Positions 57,801-64,000 of a stretch of DNA of 64,000 nt are shown here, piece by piece. The notes under the pieces were generated by a model. That model ran no database searches. It was not told where the DNA came from and saw only the letters and a list, made by a program, of their open reading frames with translations. How positions within the stretch are numbered: the first letter of the stretch is position 1; every line of letters starts with the position of its first letter. The DNA is from the human T2T-CHM13v2.0 reference genome, Homo sapiens. The stretch is taken from NCBI RefSeq assembly GCF_009914755.1, contig NC_060944.1; one strand, given 5' to 3'. The position numbers and the translations under genes are program-made.

Positions 57801-60717
57801 CCAGCTGCCTCGTCAGTTCCGATGAGAGAACCTGGATATCTTGATTGCTGGTGGAGGATTCACACACTATTATGATTCTTTTTGATGGAGCCTCTCTGAT
57901 GGCTGCTGCTCCTAGTTGGCCATCTTGGCCCTGCCTCCCCGTTCAAGTTTTATTATAAGATTGCAGCAAAGCAGTCACACCTTTAGGTTCTAATAATAAT
58001 TATTGTCCTCTAGCAATTTCTACCACAACTACAGTGACTTTCTCCACTGAAGTCAAAGTCGTCCATGAGGATTGGAATCAGCTTCTTCCAAACTCCTCTT
58101 AATGTTGATATTTTGACCTTCTCCCATGAATCTTGAATGTTCTTAATGGCATCTAGAATGGTGAATTAAGGTTTTAAATTTACTTAGCCCACATCCATCT
58201 GAAAAATCCCTATCTATAGCAGTGTAGCCCTACCTAAAGTATTTCTTGAATAATAAGATTTGAAAGTCAAATTTATTGATCCATGGGCTACAGAATGGAT
58301 GCGTTAGCTGGTATAAAACAACATTAATCTCCTTGTATATCACCATCAGAGCTCTTTTGTGGCCAGGTGCATTGTCAATGAGCATTAATATTTTGAAAGG
58401 AATCCTTTCTCAGCATTAGGTCTCAACAGTAAGCTTAAGGTATTTAGTACACCATGCTGTAAACAGATATGCTGTTATCAGATTTTGTTGTGCTGTTTAT
58501 AGAGCTCACGTGAAATAGGTTTAGCATAATTCTTCAGGGCCCTAGGATTTCCAGAACAGTCAATGAGCATTGGCTTCCACTTAAAGTTACCAACTGCCTT
58601 AATGCCTAACAAGAGAGTCAGCCTGTCCTTTGAAGCTTTGAAGTCAGGCATTGACTTCTCTCAAGATATGAAGGTACTAGATGGCATCATCTTCCAACAG
58701 AAGGCTGTTTTGTCTACATGGAAAATCTGTTGTTTGGTGTAGCCACCTTCATCAATGATCTCAGCTAGATCTTCTGGGTAATTTGCTGTAGCTTCTCCAT
58801 CAGCACTTCCTGCTTCACCTTGCACTTGTATGTTATGGAGAAGGCTTCTTTCTTTAAACCTCATGAACCAACCACTGCTAGCTTCATACTTTTCTTTTGC
58901 AGCTTTCTAGCCTCTCTCAGTTGTCACAGGACTGAAGAGAGTTAGGGCCTTGCTGTGGGTTAGATTTTGGCTTAAGGGAACATTGGGGCTGGTTTGATCT
59001 TCTATCCAGATGGCTCAAACTTTCTCCCTATCAGCAATACGTTTGCTTTGCTTTCTTATCATTTGTGTGTTCACTGGAGTAGCAATTTTAATTTCCTTCA
59101 AGGACTTTTCCTTTGCATTCACAACTGGGCGGCTGACTGCTTGGCACAAGTGGTCTAGCTTTTGGCCTATCTTGGCTTTTGACACGCCTTCCTCACTCAG
59201 CTTAATCTTTTCTAGCTTTTGACTTAAAGTGAAAGGTGCATGATTCTTCCTTTCACTTGTACACTTAGAGGCCATTGTAAGGTTATTAACTGGCCTAATT
59301 TCAATATTGTTGTGTCTCAGAGAAAAGGGTGGCCCCAGGAGAGGGAGAAAGATAAGGGAACAGCTGGCCAATGGAGCAGTCAGTACCCACACAACATTTA
59401 TTCATTAAATTCAACATCTTATATAGGTGCAGTTCCTGATGCTCCAAAACAATTACAATGGTAATATCAAAGATCACTGATCACAGATCACCATAACAGA
59501 TATATTAATTATTCAAATGTTGTGAAAATTACCAAAATGTGACACAGATACATGAAGCATACACATGCTTTGTAAAAATGGCACCAACAGACTTGCTGGA
59601 CTCAGGAATGCCACAAACCTTCAATTTGTAAAAACAAACAACAAAAAACCCCCACAATATCTGCAAAGCACAATGAAGCAAAGTGCAATAAAATGAGGTG
59701 TGCTTGTAGCTATTGTAGTCAAATCCTTAGAGATAGAAAGTTGCATGGTGGTTGCTGGGCCTGGGGGAGGAGAAAATGGGGAGTTATTGTTTAGTGGGTA
59801 CAGAGTTTTAGTTTGAGAAGATGAGAAAGTTCTAGAGATGGATGGTGGTGATGGTTGCACAACAGTGTGAATCTACTTAATGCCACTGAACTGTACACTT
59901 AAAAATGGTAAATTATATATTATGTATGTTTTACCACTTTTTTTAAAAAAAAAAAAAAAAAAAAGAAGAAACTGAGAAGGAGCAACCAGTGAGGAGGGAG
60001 AAGAACCAGAACAGTGTATTTCCTGGATGCCTAAAAAATATTTCATGGAGGAAATCAAATGGTGAATTCAGGTCAAATGATGAATTTCCTTCTAGCTTTT
60101 CTTTTTTTATGGAGACTTCACTTTGGCACACTTGTAACTTTACTGACAATACCCTTTTGTATATGCTTTTTTTTCCCTTATATCATGACCGTTTCCTGCT
60201 AATATTCAAATTAGGCCGTTTATTTAAGGGTTGTCAAATCTCAAATAGCTCATCATAGAATCTGGATGCCAATATATAAATCTCATAATGAGCTGTTATT
60301 TGGATGTTATACAACAGTGGTTTCAATGAATCATCCATGAGGCCTGGAGTTGAAATGAATGCTTTATTTATTGTCTCCCATTGCTGATTATAAGCTGTTT
60401 CCCTGACTTTGTACAGATTTCACCATTATGTGAAGCCACAGTCATAAAATTTGGTATAGATATTTGAGGTTTAGGAAAGAAGAAGAAAACTCTTTACACA
60501 ACAAAGTAAAGGTTTCTCCTTTTTTCTCCTGATTGCTAAGGAGATCAACCTTTGACCCTTATTCTTGGTTCCAACTATTTCTTAATTTACCTAACATGCT
60601 TCAGTAGTTTTTTTGGTTTGTTTTTTGGTTTGTTTTGTCATTTTGTTACTATAAATGTGTTTTTATTTACATCTTTACTAAATGGAGCAAAATAGGGCTA
60701 ACAACTTATTGAATGAT

Positions 60718-60746
60718 CTGTGTGTGTGCGTGCATGTGTGTGTGTG
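60718..60746. repeat. Imperfect (TG)n microsatellite
   Basis: TGTGTGTGTGCGTGCATGTGTGTGTGTG. Confidence 0.8.
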
Positions 60747-61634
60747 ATGGTTTTGACAGCTATTCACATTTATCTTTAGATGTAAATTATATGGCATAGT
60801 TCCTTTTTTATGTTCATTAAATTCCATAGATGTCAGTGGTTTCCTTGGAAACAAAAACCTTTATATAACTAGTCAGAGATTTGGTAGCAGAAATATCAGG
60901 ATGCTGGCAGGGGTTCAGGGGTGGTTAAGGAATGGTTCCCTTGGCAGATGTTTGCATTTAAAACTCTTCTGACTTTTCTCCCTGCCCCTTACCATCATGG
61001 CCATTCAATAGTGCACAAGATAAGATTTTTAAAGCTACTATTAAAATGTAGAATATTTTCTTTAATGGCTAAAAGCTTTTTACTTTAAAAAAAAATCGCA
61101 GATATGTTAAGTCTTTTCTGGGGTGGTATAATTTCCCAAATTTGAGAAGAGGTTGGTGTATCTCCTATCAACAGTTAAATCTGCATGTTTAGGCAATGCC
61201 TACATTTTTCAGTATATATGGTGTCCATTTGTAAAATACAGTGAACTGCATATGTGTGTGGTTGAATCAAGATTCTATGTCATTTATAATGGCCAGCATC
61301 TGTCCTATTACCTTATTGCCAAAGGGTTCTAAAGGACCTGGAGAGGTTGTAGAGAAGGTAAGGGAAAGGTCACGGTTCTGCTCAAGGGTAATAGTAGGTG
61401 AAAGGCCTGGCAGCCAAGAACATTCTCACGGAGGCCCAGAGTGGACCTGTTGTTGAAGACAGAATTAGTACCATGAGTTAATGAAACCCAGGTCTTTTCA
61501 GAAGATTGTGACTCATTTTTATCATTGCCCCTGTCTGGTGTAATTTCAACGTAAATCCAATTTGTTCTACATGCAATGGTACATAGTTGCATTTGGGAAA
61601 CATTTCTCAATTTTAATTCTTTTAAACGCAATAA

Positions 61635-61652
61635 TGCGCCATCTTGTGGACA
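61635..61652 (-). promoter_or_regulatory. Candidate CTCF motif overlapping a YY1 core
   Basis: Minus strand TGTCCACAAGATGGCGCA versus CCASYAGRKGGCRS (one mismatch); contains AAGATGGCG. Motif match only. Confidence 0.45.
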
Positions 61653-61705
61653 TATCCGATATTAAATTCTTAAATTAATTCTACATAGTGAACTGCTCTC
61701 TAAGC

Positions 61706-61890
61706 CAGGGTTTTCAATCATGGGTTCTAATATAGAGATATGAGAAGCACTTGGGGAGCTTTTAAAATCCTGATGTGCAGGCCACACCCCAATCAATTAA
61801 ATTGAAATGTCTGCTGTGGGGCTCCAACACTGATATTTTCTTTAAAGTTCCCAAGAGATTCCAGTGTTCAACCAAGTTTCAAAACCATTC
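61706..61890. mobile_element. MER5-family MITE
   Basis: CAGGGTTTTCAA...GGGGAGCTTTTAAAATCCTGATG...CCAAGTTTCAAAACCA. Confidence 0.7.
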
Positions 61891-62069
61891 GTCTAAGTAA
61901 AAAGAGTACCAGCTTAAATGGATGATTTCTCTTTTGAAAATAGAGATTTTACACAGAAAAGCATTGAGAATTTTCCTACAAAATATGCTTGTCAAAAGGA
62001 CCACTTTTCAGTCAAGTTTTCCTTAAACTTGACCACTATACTTAATGTAGAGAAGTACACCACGGTACT

Positions 62070-62457
62070 TGTATCAGTCTTCTCTGGTTACCACAGCAAA
62101 GTACCACAGGCTAAGTGGCTTAAAGCTTAAACAACAGAAGTTTATTCTCTCACAATTCTGGGAGCGGGAAGTCTGAGACAAAAGTGCCAGCAGGGTTATT
62201 TTCTTTGGAGGCCTTTCTCCTCGGCTTACAGATGGCTGCCTTCCCCGCATCTTCACGTGGTCCTCCCTCTGTTTCTATTCCTAATTTCCTCTTCTAATAA
62301 GGAACAAGTTGTATTGCATTAGGGCCCACCCTCATGAATGCATTTAACTTAATTACCTCTTTAAAGCACTATTGCTAAATACTATTACCTTCTAAATTAC
62401 TGGGGGTTAATACTTCAACATATAAATGTTGAGGGGACACAAGTCAGCCCTTAACAG
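62070..62457 (-). mobile_element. MLT1A-like solo MaLR LTR
   Basis: GGCTTAAA...CAACAGAAGTTTATTCTCTCAC...ATTAGGGCCCACCCT...GGGGACACAAGTCAGCCCTTAACA. Confidence 0.87.
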
Positions 62458-62744
62458 TGTTCCCTCATTACATTACAAAGCCTAGCTTAGGATTTGCTTC
62501 TTTATAAGGAGTAGCAGTGTATGATTATTTTGCTGTTGGTTTAATATAGAAAAGTAGATTTTTTTCTTTATAATCAATACAATGGTCAATGTGGATAAAA
62601 CTGCATAGTCAGAATCATTTCAGAAATACACAATTGCTTTTGCAGAGTGGCTTTAGTACAGAATATGTTGATTTGGCATTATCAGCACTAATTTCTGCAT
62701 GCCCCAGGGCACCCAGTATGTGTCTTTGTGTATTGCAAGTGCCT

Positions 62745-62995
62745 ATAAGAGTATAGTTATTAAGGTCACAAGCTCTTGGGTCAGAAAGCCAAGCCACAAC
62801 ACCAATAACAAGCTGTATAATCCTGCAAGTTATATCATGTCTCTGAGACTTAGTTTCTTCATCTGAATTACAGGAATAATCGCCATGTTTATATCATCTA
62901 GTTGCGGTAAGGACTAAATGACAAAATGCACGTAAGGCACCTAACACAATTGTCACATCCATTGTTTGTCTAAATGCATTTTGCCATCATTATTA
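62745..62995 (+). mobile_element. MIR SINE
   Basis: TCTCTGAGACTTAGTTTCTTCATCTG...GGACTAAATGA. Confidence 0.7.
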
Positions 62996-63730
62996 AGTAA
63001 ATAAAATATATAACTTACATGTATGTGATGTAGTGGGAAAAAGCAAGTTAAATAGGCATAATTTACCTATTTACCATAGAATTCCATGCACTAATATAGA
63101 TTGTCACTATAATCTATATTTATATATATAGATTGTCACTATAATCTATGTATAAGAGATTTATACTTTTGTAGCTGTGGCATTTAAACCTACTGATTAA
63201 AATCTAACTTCTATGTATTAGCTATAGAAAAATGAACTTGAGGCATATTTCTCTTTGCAGCCAAACACCTACCCCCAGAGAACTATCACAGCAATATTGT
63301 TGTACTAAGACTTACAGTTCTTATTTAGAAAACTGTCTAGATTTGCCAACAGTTAAATAGATTTTCCAACCATCAAAATAATTTTAGAGCAATTTACTTT
63401 CAGTTAAGAACATGCGGGTATCTTTTTCTGCACTATGAAGTCATTGAAGCAAAATCCAAAGCACTGTTTTGAAATGGAATAACAAGGTTAGGGGTCAGAG
63501 AGACCCAGATTCAAACTCCAGTGCACTTATTAGCTGAGAGAACCCAGGAAGGTTTATTGGTTTCCCTGTGAATGATAATACTTGCTGTATTGATTTGTCT
63601 TGCTAGTTGGATTTTAACTGGTAACAAGACATAAATCATAATGTTTGATACTACTTACTTCCCTATGGGCCTTAAGTTCACTTTTCAGTGTATTCTTCTT
63701 AATGTTCTGTGAGACTGGTAAATAATGAAG

Positions 63731-63744
63731 TATATATATATATA

Positions 63745-63790
<46 letters not shown>

Positions 63791-63804
63791 TATATATATA
63801 TATA
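63731..63804. repeat. Compound (TA)/(TG)/(CA) microsatellite forming a perfect 74-bp palindrome
   Basis: (TA)7T-GTGTGTG-(TA)15-CACACAC-A(TA)7. Confidence 0.93.
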
Positions 63805-64000
63805 TTACTTGAACTTCCTCAATTTTGGAGATTAGGTCATAAACTAATGTGGCATGTAATTTGATACATGTTCCAGCAGGGGAAAATACTGGGATGTAAT
63901 TTAACGAAAGAAACATTTTGAAATGGGAATATTCTCTGAAAATATGGAGTATATCATTACAATTCCTTTTCAGCTTTAGGACTCATAATAAACTGGGCAC

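Larger units (their letters stand above)
50914..57940 (-). mobile_element. Full-length inactive L1PA (about L1PA8 class), antisense to PLCB1
   Basis: 5' end GGCCAAGATGGCC, GC-rich 5' UTR, ORF1 fragments (56033-56577), ORF2 endonuclease/RT fragments (51283-55372), tail; TSD GTTCAAGTTTTATT at 50900-50913 and 57941-57954; many frameshifts. Confidence 0.96.
50264..59706 (-). mobile_element. Near-full-length Tigger1 DNA transposon (pieces 50264-50913 and 57955-59706) with a dead transposase
   Basis: Terminal inverted repeats CAGGCATACC / GGTGTGCTTG with TA on both sides; reverse ORFs MASKCTSERKNHAPFTLSQKLEKIKLSEEG and [17 protein letters not shown] resemble the Tigger1/TIGD1 transposase; the pieces sum to about 2.4 kb. 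Confidence 0.93.
50020..59965 (+). mobile_element. L1MB 3' end (pieces 50020-50263 and 59707-59965) split by Tigger1
   Basis: ...CTTATATGAGGTA | Tigger1 | GCTATTGTAGTCAAATCC...A-tail is contiguous L1MB 3' UTR; near-TSD AAGAGACTGAGAA / AAGAAACTGAGAA. Confidence 0.85.

Noticed and set aside
57017-57844. Cluster of overlapping ORFs up to 208 aa
   Set aside because: GC-rich L1 5' UTR with few stop codons; I could not recognise an intact ORF0.
58661-59392. TIGD1-like transposase ORFs
   Set aside because: Broken Tigger1 fossil split by an L1; not a domesticated gene.

Overview
This is primate (almost certainly human) genomic DNA from inside the PLCB1 (phospholipase C beta 1) gene, which runs on the + strand. 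The only host coding sequence I can support is a 69-nt internal exon at 43349-43417 ([24 protein letters not shown]-terminal PH domain, probably exon 3) with canonical splice signals. Everything else is intron, densely filled with interspersed repeats: Alu, L1, L2, L3, MIR, MaLR/ERVL LTRs, and hAT and Tigger DNA-transposon fossils. The supplied ORFs are either chance ORFs or fragments of dead L1, Tigger1 and Alu copies. I found no evidence of a new gene system. The most unusual structure is a roughly 540-bp mosaic at 38073-38614 built from three nearby templates (one inverted) with fold-back junctions, which looks like a fossil template-switching repair event. Also notable are a five-level transposon nest (L2 > L1MB > Tigger1 > full-length L1PA > two Alus) at about 49-60 kb and a perfect 74-bp purine/pyrimidine palindrome at 63731-63804. 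Repeat subfamilies were called from recalled consensus sequences; boundaries without a target-site duplication (TSD) are approximate.
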